From: Octopus sinensis
Lineage: Eukaryota
Reading direction: 5' to 3'
Assembly: GCF_006345805.1 (NCBI RefSeq)
Contig: NC_042998.1
Location: 189,534,001 to 189,598,000 of the forward strand
DNA: 64,000 nt
The notes under the pieces were generated by a model, which had not been told where the DNA came from, made no database searches, and was given only the letters and a program-made list of their open reading frames with translations. Positions 25,305-38,174 of the stretch are shown piece by piece (positions within the stretch are counted from its first letter, which is position 1; each line of letters opens with the position of its first letter). Made by a program: the position numbers and the translations under genes.

Positions 25305-25737
25305 TCTGGATAGGTGGTGCTGCGAGCTGATTTATGTGTATTCACACCATTTGTCTACTGCGATAAATTTTCTTCATGAGAAAACAGAGTTAATGGCTTG
25401 TTTACAAGCCCGAACGGGCTATTAGCATATTCGAACTGGCAATAACATGGTATTTATACACATCACTACTTAGCGCTCCCGCCTCGTAATTTAATTACGG
25501 TGAGCCGTCGATTTGCTCTACCAGCCGATGTATGTTGACTGGAATATCATAAGAGAGATTGTCTCGCTTATCCGCTCGCAGCGCCACCATCTGGTTTCTG
25601 TGAATGAAGAGGAGATAACCACTCCGAAATGTTTTATTCAATTATTGGAAAGGAAATGACATCAATTCAGAAAGGTTAAAAGTTGCATTCTTAAAAAGTT
25701 TTATTTTGATAACTTACCAAAAACGCTTATCTTTATA

Positions 25738-26262
25738 CTAGCAGTATCGCCCGGCGTTGCTCGGGTTTGTAAGGGAAATAACTATATAAGCCTTTTTAGA
25801 GAGTTACTTCCCTTATAGATGCCAATTCGGGCTTTCTTAGCCATTTCTGTTTTGGTGTCTTCAAGCCATGAAGTCGTTGTTCTAAAAGAACGCTGGTCTC
25901 CTTGACAACGCTTTACGACGTTGATTTCCTTACACTCCCTTCCCCACAGCTTCACGAGGGAGGGAAGAAGGGGGAGAAGCAAACAGGTGCAGGTGTGACC
26001 ATGAACGCCAACTCCGCCGCCATCGACACACGAAAAATTATGCATTAAAATGGAATAAAAAATGATGTTAAATTATTTTTAAAATCGTAGACTCATCGTA
26101 GACTCATCGTAGACGCGCGCTAATACTCAGACGGGCTCGATATGAATCACGACTATAACATACCCGAATTTGGTTAAACTGCACCGCAAAATGTGGGAGT
26201 AGTTAGGAATCTAAATCGAAGGGGACAGACACTCACACAACTACAGTTTTATATATATAGAT
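25738..26262 (-). mobile_element. Non-autonomous Helitron
   Basis: Hairpin plus CTAG 3' end at 25738. Near-identical to 33055-33563. Confidence 0.85.
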
Positions 26263-26349
26263 ATATATATATAGATATATATATACGACAGGCTTCTTTT
26301 AGCTTCCGTCTAAGACTTTGCTCGGCACTCACACAACTACAGTTTTATA

Positions 26350-26648
26350 TATATAGATATAAAAGTGAGGTTGTTTGCTGTCTGTCTCCTACGATTTAGA
26401 TTCCTAACTACTCTCACATTTTGCGGTGCAGTTTAACCAAAACCGGGTATCTTATAGTCGTGATTCATATCGATTCCTTCTTGGTATTTGCGCGCGTCCA
26501 CGATGAGTCTACGATTAAAAAAAAAATTTACCATAATTTTTTCCCATTTTTAATGCATTTTTTGCTATATTTTGGCTATAACTCTCTAAAAAATGTTTAT
26601 ATAGTTATTTCCCTTACAAACCCGAGCAACGCCGGGCGATACTGCTAG
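26350..26648 (+). mobile_element. Non-autonomous Helitron (shorter relative), head-to-head with previous
   Basis: Ends cccgagcaacgccgggcgatactgCTAG|T. Shares the body gatttagattcctaactact. Confidence 0.8.
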
Positions 26649-27931
26649 TTGTTTATATTATAGTAAAGATAACCGAACTAAAATTGTAAATGTTAAAACA
26701 ATGCATTTATGTCAGAATTATATGAATTTATGGTTGATGTGTAAAAACACACTTGTCCCAATGAACAACGCTGCAATATTGAGGATTTGCAATTTCTCTC
26801 ATCAAATTAATACACAAATACATTTATTTAACGAATTTTCGTCTGGACAAACTGTGTAGAATATGTTCACAATGCAACATTTGCAAAGGTATTAAACTAA
26901 TTAAAAAAAAATCAAACAAATCATCTATGAAATTAATTAAAGCAACTCAGTCAATGGAAATTTGGTCTATTAATGTTATAGGCCAAAAGTGTCTGTGAGC
27001 CATAACAAAAAACTTAAAACCGAGCCAACGGTGGAGTTTGTGTGTGGTTATTCGATCTGCTAGAGATAGCAGCTAAATCTCTTAACCCACATTCAACTGT
27101 TTTAAAGAAGGGTTCATTGAATAGTGTATCCAGGGGTACACTTTACTCGAAAAATTGCTGGACTATCGTAACTGGAATGCCTTTGGATATAGATTTACTT
27201 GAGCAAGGTTAAACAACAACTATACTGAATAAGGCTTATATCAAAATGAGGGGCTTAACTGGTAGAAAATAGGTAACCATAGAAAAATGCATGCCTTCAA
27301 GAATCATGGGCTTTCATTTATCATAAAGAGGACCTTTCCACCGCGAATTTCTTTGTTATTACTCTGAACTTGAATAATTTTTTGTACTGTCTGTATTGTA
27401 AAATCAATAAAGCGTTAAATTATATGCCCAAAATTTTTAATCAGTTCAGGAATATTAACAATTTAGGATTATTTCTCTTAACCATTTTAACATTTCAGCC
27501 AACAAGCAAATCTTTAGGCTATTATCCGTGTATTACAACGTAACCGTTTCCAAAAGTGTATTCAAAATGAGAAAATTAAATACACTAAAGAAACAATACG
27601 ATTAGTCAACCATAGACATAGAAGTAAGAGATAATGTTACTTTACATGTATGCATGCATGCATGTATGTATGTATGTATGTATGTATGTATGTATGTATG
27701 TATGTATGTATGTATGTATGTACGTACGTACGTATGTATGTATGTATGTATGTATGTATGTATGTATATATGTATGTATGTATACACACACATATAAAAT
27801 AATGAAGTCAAGCCAAGTAATATTTTGAATGTATTTAATACGCCCGTTTCAGATAATTGTGTTATAAATAAAAAGAGAACTTCATCTCTTACACAAAAAG
27901 ACACCATCTTAAGTAATATTATTCAGTCTAA

Positions 27932-28350
27932 CTCTTTAACTCTTTAACTTGTTTCAGTCATTTGACTGCGGCCATGCTGGAGCACTGCCTTTAGTCGAGC
28001 AAATCGACCCCGGGACCTATTCTTTGTAAGCCCAGTGCTTATTCTATCGGTCTCTTTTGCCGAACCGCTAAGTGACGGGGACGTAAACACACCAGCATCG
28101 GTTGTCAAGCAATGCTAGGGGGACAAACACAGACACACAAACACACACACACATACATACATACATATATATATATATACATATATACGACAGGCTTCTT
28201 TCAGTTTCCGTCTACCAAATCCACTCACAAGGCATTGGTCGACCCGGGGCTATAGCAGAAGACACTTGCCCAAGATGCCACGCAGTGGGACTGAACTCAG
28301 AACCATGTGGTTGGTTAGCAAGCTACTTACCACACAGCCACTCCTGCGCC
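27932..28350 (-). mobile_element. Composite tRNA-derived SINE
   Basis: Full reverse copy of the 10061-10449 family. Confidence 0.85.
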
Positions 28351-29338
28351 TTTACATAAAAGACAGTAAACGTATCTGTATACATAAAAGACTGTAAACG
28401 CATCTACTCTATAACCTGAGATCCGATCCCCACTACTAATTCTTATGTCGAAATTATCTAGTTCTACTTATATAACTATCTTTAGTTCTTTGATTACATT
28501 AATTATACTTATTTCTTGACTTCAGCACACCTTTTCACACTATATCTCATTTATGCACTACTTCCTCATATTAACAACGCATTTCTTTCGTCCACACAAT
28601 TATATTCTACTTTTATTCTACTTTGATAATTAGCAACAAATATTTATAGCAAGTTCTTTATTTTCTAGCCATAACAGAAATGACTTTCTTACACCTAACT
28701 TCACCTAACGTCCTATATACATCTTTAATTAGTCCTCTATGTAAATAGTAATTTAAACTTAACTGCAAAAATAGAATCAACTGAGCTAATTATTATCTTA
28801 ACTAACTTAATTATTACCTTAACCAACCTATTCAATTAGTTACATACATGAATAGCATATTCCATCTATACCATAATATATTTTAATCTGTCTTTATCAT
28901 TTCTTTCATCTTTACCACTTTAACTTATCCTCACCCGAATACAACTATTTTCAAGTAACACCATATTCACGCTACCTCAAGTATTTCAAGACACAAACAA
29001 CGTTTTATTACCGCCAAATTAATTATTTTTTTTGAAAATAATATCTTCATAGCATTAAGAAATACAGAAAGATGTACAATGTAGGTAATTCTACAGCTTA
29101 TTATTTGAAAGTCATTAGTAATGAGCATTGAGAAGATGTAAAAAAAAAAGAGACTAAAATAAAAAAAAACTATAGGCGCAGGAGTGGCTGTGTGGTAAGT
29201 AGCTTGCTAACCAACAACATGGTTCCGGGTTCAGTCCCACTGCGTGGCATCTTGGGCAAGTGTCTTCTGCTATAACCCCGGTCCGACCAATGCCTTGTGA
29301 GTGGATTTGGTAGACGGAAACTGAAAGAGCCTGTCGTA

Positions 29339-29387
<49 letters not shown>

Positions 29388-29399
<12 letters not shown>

Positions 29400-31131
29400 T
29401 TAGAGACAAAACCACTATTTTGCAAATCAAACAAGGAAAGACTTAATCAATACATAAAAAAATTTTAATATAAAGTAAATAAATCGCCACTACAATTGTT
29501 TCCTGTCTTCAAATGACATTCATCAGGTGGATTTCATATCTAAAAATATCAATATTTTAAAACATAAATTTAAAATGGCTAAAACTATAACTAATATAAA
29601 TTTATCAATGAAAAAATAATAAATATATAATCTATATATATCTATATATAATCTATATATAATATAATCAAGAACTAAAATAACCTCTATAAACAATTGA
29701 ATATAAAGAAACCTATTATTAAAGTTCTCATATTTAAAGATGAAGAATCTAATTTCAAAAAACAAAAAACAAAAAACAAAAAACAAACAACAAAAAACAA
29801 AAAAAACAAAAATAAAAATAAACTATATATACACACATGCTCATACACATATATCTAAGTATATATAAACATATCTAAATACATACACTAACTGACACGC
29901 CCATATATATCTCTATACATACACATAAACATCTAGGCAACGATAAATTAATAAAATAGCCAAATACTTCAACACATTACTTATTCATACTCCCTCACAC
30001 ACACTTACAACCCTCATTCACAAACACACTCACTCTGCATGACAACCACACAACCAGCATCCGCATATACTCAACCACAACAATATACATTTCATTCTTA
30101 GAAAGAAACTACCAAATACCAATACCACATATATACCACAACAATACATAAATAATACTAAACCAAACACACACGCACACATATCCAAATACCACATGCA
30201 TGCAACAAACATACACAAATACGCAAACAAACACACACACACACACACGTTTACACATAAACACTCAAAAGAAAAACAACATGTCTACACATAAACAATT
30301 CACACCCACACACATTCACACACAATCACTCACATACAACCGCACTCCTACCGCCACTCCAACACAGATGAGTAACAAATTTAGCAGATACATACTCTCA
30401 GCCACTTACATACAGTAATATTCCCTACTCAGCAATATACTATTAAAAAACCCCAACACCACTCTAAAACCAATTTATGAATGTGAATAATAACTTATAT
30501 TGAGTTATTCTATTAATAAATCATTAAAAACAGACCTATCTATTTATCAAAGTATGTCTAATTATTGATAATTAATAACAAAGAAAATACGATAAATAGA
30601 ACACTCCATAAGCAACAAGATTAACATAAGCAACAAGATTAACATAAGGAGAAAAAAATACATACCTTCTATTCAATTTTAATGTTATGAAGTGAATTTA
30701 AAGTCTAACCATTATAATGTTTACAAAATTACGTTACCATAGAAATAGAAATAGAACATATTTATAATAAATTCTCTGCGCGTTATGAACGAACGTTATT
30801 TAAAAATTATGAATGGAATAGAATGGAATAATATGTTAATAAACGTAATTAGACAGAATTTACTATAAAATTCTTTAATAAAACAATCATGATAAACGAA
30901 ACCCATATATACATATAATGATAAAACCTCCCTTTAACCATACACAATACATACCTATATAGCAATCCCTAATCTATACATTCCATACAAATACAACACG
31001 TATATAACACACACCCACATCATATACATACCCACTCACACATACATATACATACGTACAAAACTCGATATACTCCAATATATTCACACCCACACCCATA
31101 TAGATAAATAAATAAATATATACATCCATAA

Positions 31132-31163
<32 letters not shown>

Positions 31164-31429
31164 TATTATTATATCGATATATATATATATATATACTAAG
31201 CAATAAGGTTTAGCAACGAGTGCCTTTTTTACTGAGATCTCCCTTTTTAGTAGAAGAAATAGCTATAACCCTTTGACTGCTATTTCTAAATTCGATGTGG
31301 TAAGCACCCGTTGCTAAACCCTTATGCTTAGTATACTTAAATTTTCCTCGAATGAGGCTTTACATGCCGAAACTACTTGGTGTAATTGATATTTTTCCAA
31401 TAATTAATTTCACCCTTCATTATTACGGA

Positions 31430-31464
<35 letters not shown>

Positions 31465-32034
31465 TCACACATATCATCAAATACACAAATGCTGGTTGTG
31501 TGGTTGTCATGCAGAGTGAGTGTGTTTATGAATGAGGGTTGTATGTGTGTGTGAGGGAGTATGAATAAGTAATGTGTTGAAGTATTTGGCTATTTTATTA
31601 ATTTATCGTTGCCTAGATGTTTATGTGTATGTATAGAGATATATATGGGCGTGTCAGTTAGTGTATGTATTTAGATATGTTTATATATACTTAGATATAT
31701 GTGTATGAGCATGTGTGTATATATAGTTTATTTTTATTTTTGTTTTTTGTGTTTGTTTTTGTTTTTTGTTGTTTGTTTTTTGTTTTTTGTTTTTTGTTTT
31801 TTGAAATTAGATTCTTCATCTTTAAATATGAGAACTTTAATAATAGGTTTCTTTGTTTTTATAATTTTTTTTTTAATGTATTGATTAAGTCTTGTTTGAT
31901 TTGCAAAATAGTGGTTTTGTCTCTAATTAATATTATATAATATTTTACTATAAAATTGGATTCAATCCTAAATCTGATTTTTCCCTGTAAATTTTTCCCT
32001 GTATATATTTGTAGATTTATTCCCTAATATTTAT

Positions 32035-32040
<6 letters not shown>
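29388..32040. mobile_element. Probable PLE-derived element with long inverted arms
   Basis: 29388-30059 is inverted at 31490-31937; the right arm lacks ~29470-29705. Has a hammerhead in the left arm and sits in (TA)n. No recognisable ORF, so the PLE assignment is inferred. Confidence 0.6.
29487..29530 (-). ncRNA. Minimal type I hammerhead ribozyme
   Basis: ccac CTGATGA a-tgtc-atttgaa-gaca-g GAAA caattg TA gtgg. Stem I 4 bp, stem II 4 bp with an A.G closing mismatch, palindromic stem III, GUA cleavage triplet. Confidence 0.75.
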
Positions 32041-32072
<32 letters not shown>

Positions 32073-32873
32073 TTTGTTTGTGTGTGTTTGTGTGTCTGTG
32101 TTTGTCCCCCAATCATTGTTTGACAACCGATGCTGGTGTGTTTACGTCCACGTCACTTAGCGGTTCGGCAAAAGAGAACGATAGAATAAGTACTGGGCTT
32201 ACAAAGAATAAGTCCTGGGGTCGATTTGCTCGACTAAAGGCGGTGCTCCAGCATGGCCGCAGTCAAATGACTGAAACAAGTAAAAGAGTAAAAGAGTAAT
32301 GTAGGTAATTCTACAGCTTATTATTTGAAAGTCATTAGTAATGAGCATTGAGAAGATGTAAAAAAAAGAGACTAAAATAAAATAAAAAACAACTATCGTT
32401 CACTTAAGTAAACTGAAAATTTCCAGGAAAGTCTTTCAAATCTCTTTCGAGATAATTATCATTCATCAGTGATGTACCACCATTCATCGGTTATTCTTCG
32501 TATTTGTATTTTTATTTTTACTTAATGCACATAAATAGATACTCTAGGACAATAACATCTGACCCACTCCACTTGTTCTTATAATCTGCAATCCAAAGAT
32601 TTCTAATCTACACATCCTAATTTTTCCATATATCAGATTGTCATAAAATAACTTATTTCCCTTATCATTAAACTCTTACTTTAAGTTTTAAAATAACCCA
32701 GCACACTTTCTTCTATGAATACTGGTAAGAGACATTATTTGTAAAAATACATCATACTATTTTTAGTTCCTTATCCATTACGAATTTGCACAATCAAGCA
32801 CAGATATTTGTTCGCATTTTAACGTCCGTAATCTAGCTCAAATAAATCTTAACAAAGGCCCAGTAGCGACTAT

Positions 32874-33571
32874 AGGCGCAGGAGTGGCTGTGTGGTAAGT
32901 AGCTTGCTTATCAACTACATGGTTCTGGGTTCAGTCCCAGTGCGTGGCACTATACTCTCGGGCCGAGCAAAGTCTTAGACAGAAGCTAAAAGAAGCCTGT
33001 CGTATATATATATATCTATCTATATATATATATATATATCTATATATATATATATCTATATATATAAAACTGTAGTTGTGTGAGTGTCTGTCCCCTTCGA
33101 TTTAGATTCCTAACTACTCCCACATTTTGCGGTGCAGTTTAACCAAATTCGGGTATCTTATAGTCGTGATTCATATCGAGCCCGTCTGAGTATTAGCGCG
33201 CGTCTACGATGAGTCTACGATTTTAAAAATAATTTAAATCATTTTTTATTCCATTTTAATGCATAATTTTTCGTGTGTCGATGGCGGCGGAGTTGGCGTC
33301 CATGGTCACACCTGCACCTGTTTGCTTCTCCCCCTCTCTCCCTCCCTCGTGAAGCTGTGGGGAAGGGAGTGTAGGAAATCAACGTCGTAAGCGTTGTCAA
33401 GGAGACCAGCGTTCTTTTAGAACAACGACTTCATGGCTTGAAGACACCAAAACAGAAATGGCTAAGAAAGCCCGAATTGGCATCTATATGGGAAGTAACT
33501 CTCTAAAAATGCTTATATGGTTATTTCCCTTACAACCCGAGCAACGCCGGGCGATACTGCTAGTATATATA

Positions 33572-33610
<39 letters not shown>

Positions 33611-33840
33611 TGTGTGTGGTGGTGTGTGTGTAAGCATTTGTGTGTCTGTGTTTGTTCCCACCATCGCTTGACAACCGATGTTGGTGTGCTTACGTCCCCG
33701 CAACTTAGCGTTTCGGTAAAAGAGAACGATAGAATAAGTACTAGGCTTACAAAGAATAAGTCCTGGGGTCGATTTGTTCGACTAAAGACGGTGCTCCAGT
33801 ATGACCGCAGTCATATGACTGAAACAAATAAAAGGATAAA
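32874..33840 (+). mobile_element. Composite SINE split by Helitron
   Basis: Head at 32874-33003, tail at ~33630-33840. Confidence 0.75.
33055..33563 (+). mobile_element. Non-autonomous Helitron inserted in SINE TA array
   Basis: TCTATATATATAAAACTG start; hairpin plus CTAG|T end. Confidence 0.85.
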
Positions 33841-34355
33841 ACAAGGAAAAAAAAAAAAGGCTCAATTCCGTTTCCCTCTAAATTATACGGGGGTGGGGTG
33901 GGGTGGGGTGATGAAAAGTTCTCGGCTTTAAGGGTGTCGCGAAAGGCTAAGTTGGAAGCCCAAATTTTCAAGTTCTTTTACCGGGATTAGAAAAACTGAA
34001 CACACACACAAATATATACACATATATACATACATAAATGTAATACATAAATGTGATATAAACAAACATCTCTTCCATCTCTTCACCAAATTTGATATCT
34101 TGTATTTGAGATTTTCGTACTAAACACTATGGCTTTTAAAACGCTTTCTTAGGAGAAAAAATCAATAGACAACTAGTTTAGCAGCTTCACCATAATTTTA
34201 TTTTGCTATTCTCCTTTATTTTCATAAAAATTCTTTCCATTATCGGATTACTTAAAAGGTCTGTCCGAAAAAAAACGTTTTGTATGGAGTAACTTAATAT
34301 CCTTAATATATATAATATATATATATATTAAGGATATTAAGTCACTACATATATA

Positions 34356-34402
<47 letters not shown>

Positions 34403-34438
34403 GGATATTAAGTCACTCCATACAAAACGTTTTTTCGG

Positions 34439-34475
<37 letters not shown>

Positions 34476-34577
34476 CCATACATACACACATATATACGTA
34501 CATATGTACATACAACCTACACAAACTACATACAAACTTACATATATATACATAGATACATAATATCACATGTACAT

Positions 34578-35135
34578 GAGTGGCTGTATGGTAAGAATCT
34601 AGCTTCCCAGTCACATGGCTCTGCGTTCAATTCCACTGCGCGACACTTTGAGCAAGTGCCTTCTACTATAACCTAGGGATGACCAAAGCATTGAGAGTGT
34701 ATTTGACAGGCGGAAACTGAAAGAAGCCCGTCGTATATATATATATACTGAGATCTCCCTTTTTAGTAGAAGAAATAGCTATTTGACTGCTATTTCTAAA
34801 TTCGGTATGTGGTAAGGCAATTCGTTGCTAAATCCTTTATTGCTTAATATATATATATATATATATATATATTTATGTGTGTGTTTGTGTGTATGTGTTT
34901 GTGTGTGTGTGTGTGTTTGTCTCCCACCACCGCTTGACAACCTGTGTTAGTGTGTTTACGTACCCAGAACTTAGCACATCGGCAAAAAACCCCAAAACAA
35001 AATCCGATAGAATCAGTACCAGGTTTGAAAAATAAAAATAAAAGTACTGGGGTCGATTCATTCGACTAAAAATTCTGCAAGTCAGTGCCCCAGCATGGCC
35101 GCAGTCTAATGACTGATACCAGTAAAAGGGTAAAT
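34578..35135 (+). mobile_element. Older composite SINE with nested insertion in TA array
   Basis: Head gagtggctgtatggtaag..., tail ...cagcatggccgcagtctaatgactga. Insert at 34747-34850. Confidence 0.7.
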
Positions 35136-35504
35136 AAAAGAAATCAATTCAAACATCAACGAAAACTTTGTAAGACATTGTTATGCATTTACATGTAGAA
35201 TTGCTGTATGAATCTCTTTTTTAGAGCAAATACTTAGAAAAACCTATCTACAAATTAATACTGTGATTTGAAACGCTGGAAAAAAATTTTAATTTGCTTA
35301 ATTTTATTTAAGCAAAGAACTGTTTTTTTTTAATTAATTAGTTTTGTTTTTTAGAAACTGATTTAGAAATTTTTTTTTTTAATATATTTTATGCCATTTT
35401 ATATTTTATCTTTATTGAATGTTTGTCCTTATTTTTCTATTATAAAGCAATGTTCTGGAAGAGAGCTTAGAAATAATTGTATATTAGATTCTCTCTTCGC
35501 CCCT

Positions 35505-35518
35505 CACCTCTCTCTCTT

Positions 35519-35601
<83 letters not shown>

Positions 35602-35731
35602 TCTCTCAGTTCTCTCCGTCTCTCTCCATCTCTATCTCTCTCTCTCTCTCTCTTTCCTTCTCTCTCTTCTCCCTCTCATCTCTCTCTCTCTCTCTCTCTC
35701 TCTCAGCTCTCCTCGCTCTCTTTCTCTCTCT
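35505..35731. repeat. (CT)n microsatellite
   Basis: Directly visible. Confidence 0.95.
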
Positions 35732-35854
35732 GTTTATGCATATTTGCTTTTGTCTAATATTATTTATTGTAGGCAATTAAATATAATAACTATATATTTA
35801 AAATTTATTAATTCTATTTTTTTACACACACACACACGCCGGCGCGCATATATT

Positions 35855-37170
35855 CGAAGGTTATACCGAAATTAATGCTAAAGTGGGCAAAACTTTTTTA
35901 TTAAATGATATTGCACATGTTGATATTGCACATAGGAACTCTTCTTGTTATTTTCTCTTGCATGTAAATAATGGGTTCGAAGCAGAAGCAACGTGTCGCT
36001 TCTGCATTGAGTTCTTGACAAAGGAAGAGTGCTGGCTGTTCGAAATTCACAAAAGAGAACAGGTTGTTTACGGAGATGACATGATTGACAAAAGCAATGT
36101 GCACATATGGATAAAGTCTAAAGAAGAGGCAATCAGCAATAAAGATAAACCCACAATGTCCGGGTTGCGGATCCGTGGAACAAGCTGCCAGACGAGATGG
36201 TGAAGATGCCGACGACCGCTTTGTTCAAAGCCTCCCTTGACTTCAAGTGGCCTGAACTCTTTACATGAACACCACCCTGTACTTAACTCCATGTCCCCCT
36301 ACATGGCCCTGCTATTTGCTTTTGAGCCAAATTAACTAACTAACAATGTTGGAGACCACCAACTGCGACCACTAACAGGAATCTCCAGCTAGTGGACGAA
36401 TTGATGAGTGTGGACAGATGGGTCACAATTCGTGCGATTGCCGCACGACTAGTCTATGGACACAATGCAATAATAAGATAGTACAAGACTTTGGGTGTTG
36501 AGAAATGTGTGCAAAGTGGGTACTTAGGCAGTTGACATCAGATTTGAAAAAAAGAAAGAGGGCTCTAAACTGCTGGAAATTTTGGAACCATTGAAAACTT
36601 GTTTTTTCCGATCTGGTGACAGAAGATGAAAGGTGGACATATCTTTATGATCTGAAAACGAAGACTTAGACCATGGAATGGCATCACATCTCTTCTCAAA
36701 GAGCAAGCGATCAGTATGGAAAGTCATGGTGACTGTATTTTGGGTATGACAAGGGCGTCATTCTTCTTGATTTTCTGGAACATTGCTGCTTCGTGAACAG
36801 CGTGTAATACATTGAGGCACTCAAAAAGCTTGGAGAAGCCACCAGGAAGAAGTGACCGAGCAAGAATCTGAAAACGACCCATATTCACCCGGTAACAAAT
36901 CAATTAGAAAATTGGGCTAGTCAGTGGTCTCCCATTAACCTTACAGCCCTGATCTGGAACCCTCCCAAACTTCCATCTGTTCCGTCCAGTGAAGAACAGC
37001 TTTCGGGGGCAACGATTTGATGACACAAATAAAGTGAAAATGGTTGCGAAAAAATGGGCATACATGCCTGAACTGTTTCAAAAAGGATTCGGGAGTTGGA
37101 TCTGGTGATGGCGCAAATGCTTGAATTGTGATGGAGACTATGTTGAGTAATGCTTTTGAACAGGGGAATA
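35855..37170 (+). pseudogene. Degenerate mariner transposase
   Basis: Remnant motifs CAKWVLRQLT (WVPR/HEL-like), VTEDERW (VTGDETW-like) and PYSPDLEP (YSPDLAP), with many stops and frameshifts. Confidence 0.8.
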
Positions 37171-37822
37171 GTCACTGTACCAACAGGAGAATTTCGAACA
37201 ACTTGTGTCCGTTAATTAAAAAGCTGTGCTCATTTTTGCTTTACTTTCTGTTCAACTTTCGTATATGTATATTTGTGTGTGTGTGTGCGTATGTTCCTTA
37301 TGCATTCCAAAACCGAGTTGTCGGTTTTGAGGTAAGGGGTATCAAAAGATTCAGTAAGCTTTTGGCTACCAACTAAACTATATTTTTATTCACATATCTG
37401 TATTATAAAAATTTAACATTATCATTTTTCTTTTAGTCGTATTAATCCCCTTTTATACGAGGAAACAATACATAGTTTCTGATCCTTCTTAAGAACAGAA
37501 AGCGCTTTCATGCAAACCCGTGCAAATTGTACACCCGTCCTTCACTATTAAACAAAAAAATGACTGCCATTATTCCATTAACTATATATTAGCTGTGCCG
37601 ATTCTGCCCATAAGAAAGGAGCAAATAATACAATGTGCTTGTATGTAATAACACCCGAGTAACGCCGGGATGCATTGCTAGTATTGAATAAAATTCATAC
37701 TGAATAATATGGAATGAAGCATAGACAGACACACATTATAGATAAACATGCAAACATATAGTGAATAACAAATGGTGGTGCCCCAGCATGGCCACAGCTC
37801 GTGAGCTGAAACTAGATAAAAT

Positions 37823-37869
<47 letters not shown>

Positions 37870-38174
37870 ACTTACACACAATCTCTCTCTCTCTGTCACA
37901 CACACACACTAAATGAAATACACTTACTGAATAAAATCCGCATGTATACTAAATAACACATTGAATGAAACTTATACACACATATACAATGAATGAAATA
38001 CACATATAATGAAACACACACACACACACACACACAACACACACACACATACACACACACACACACACACATATACACTCGCCCTATCTCTCTCTCCCTC
38101 TTTCTTTGTCTCGGTCTTTGTTTCTCTCTCTCTCTCTCTCCCTTTCACTTCTTTTCGTTCTATTGCGTCCGTCT

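Larger units (their letters stand above)
24824..25631. mobile_element. ~350-bp hammerhead-containing repeat, candidate non-LTR retrozyme, in inverted tandem arrangement
   Basis: aggtgggagcgttaagca recurs at 24824 and 25177 (353-bp period). The reverse-complement unit runs 25228-25631 (341-bp period between hammerhead motifs). One hammerhead motif per unit and no credible ORF. Confidence 0.7.
29174..32297 (+). mobile_element. Composite SINE split by a 2.7-kb insertion in its internal TA array
   Basis: Head at 29174-29340, tail at 32070-32297. Flanked by a ~95-bp direct repeat (29078-29173 / 32298-32396). Confidence 0.8.
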
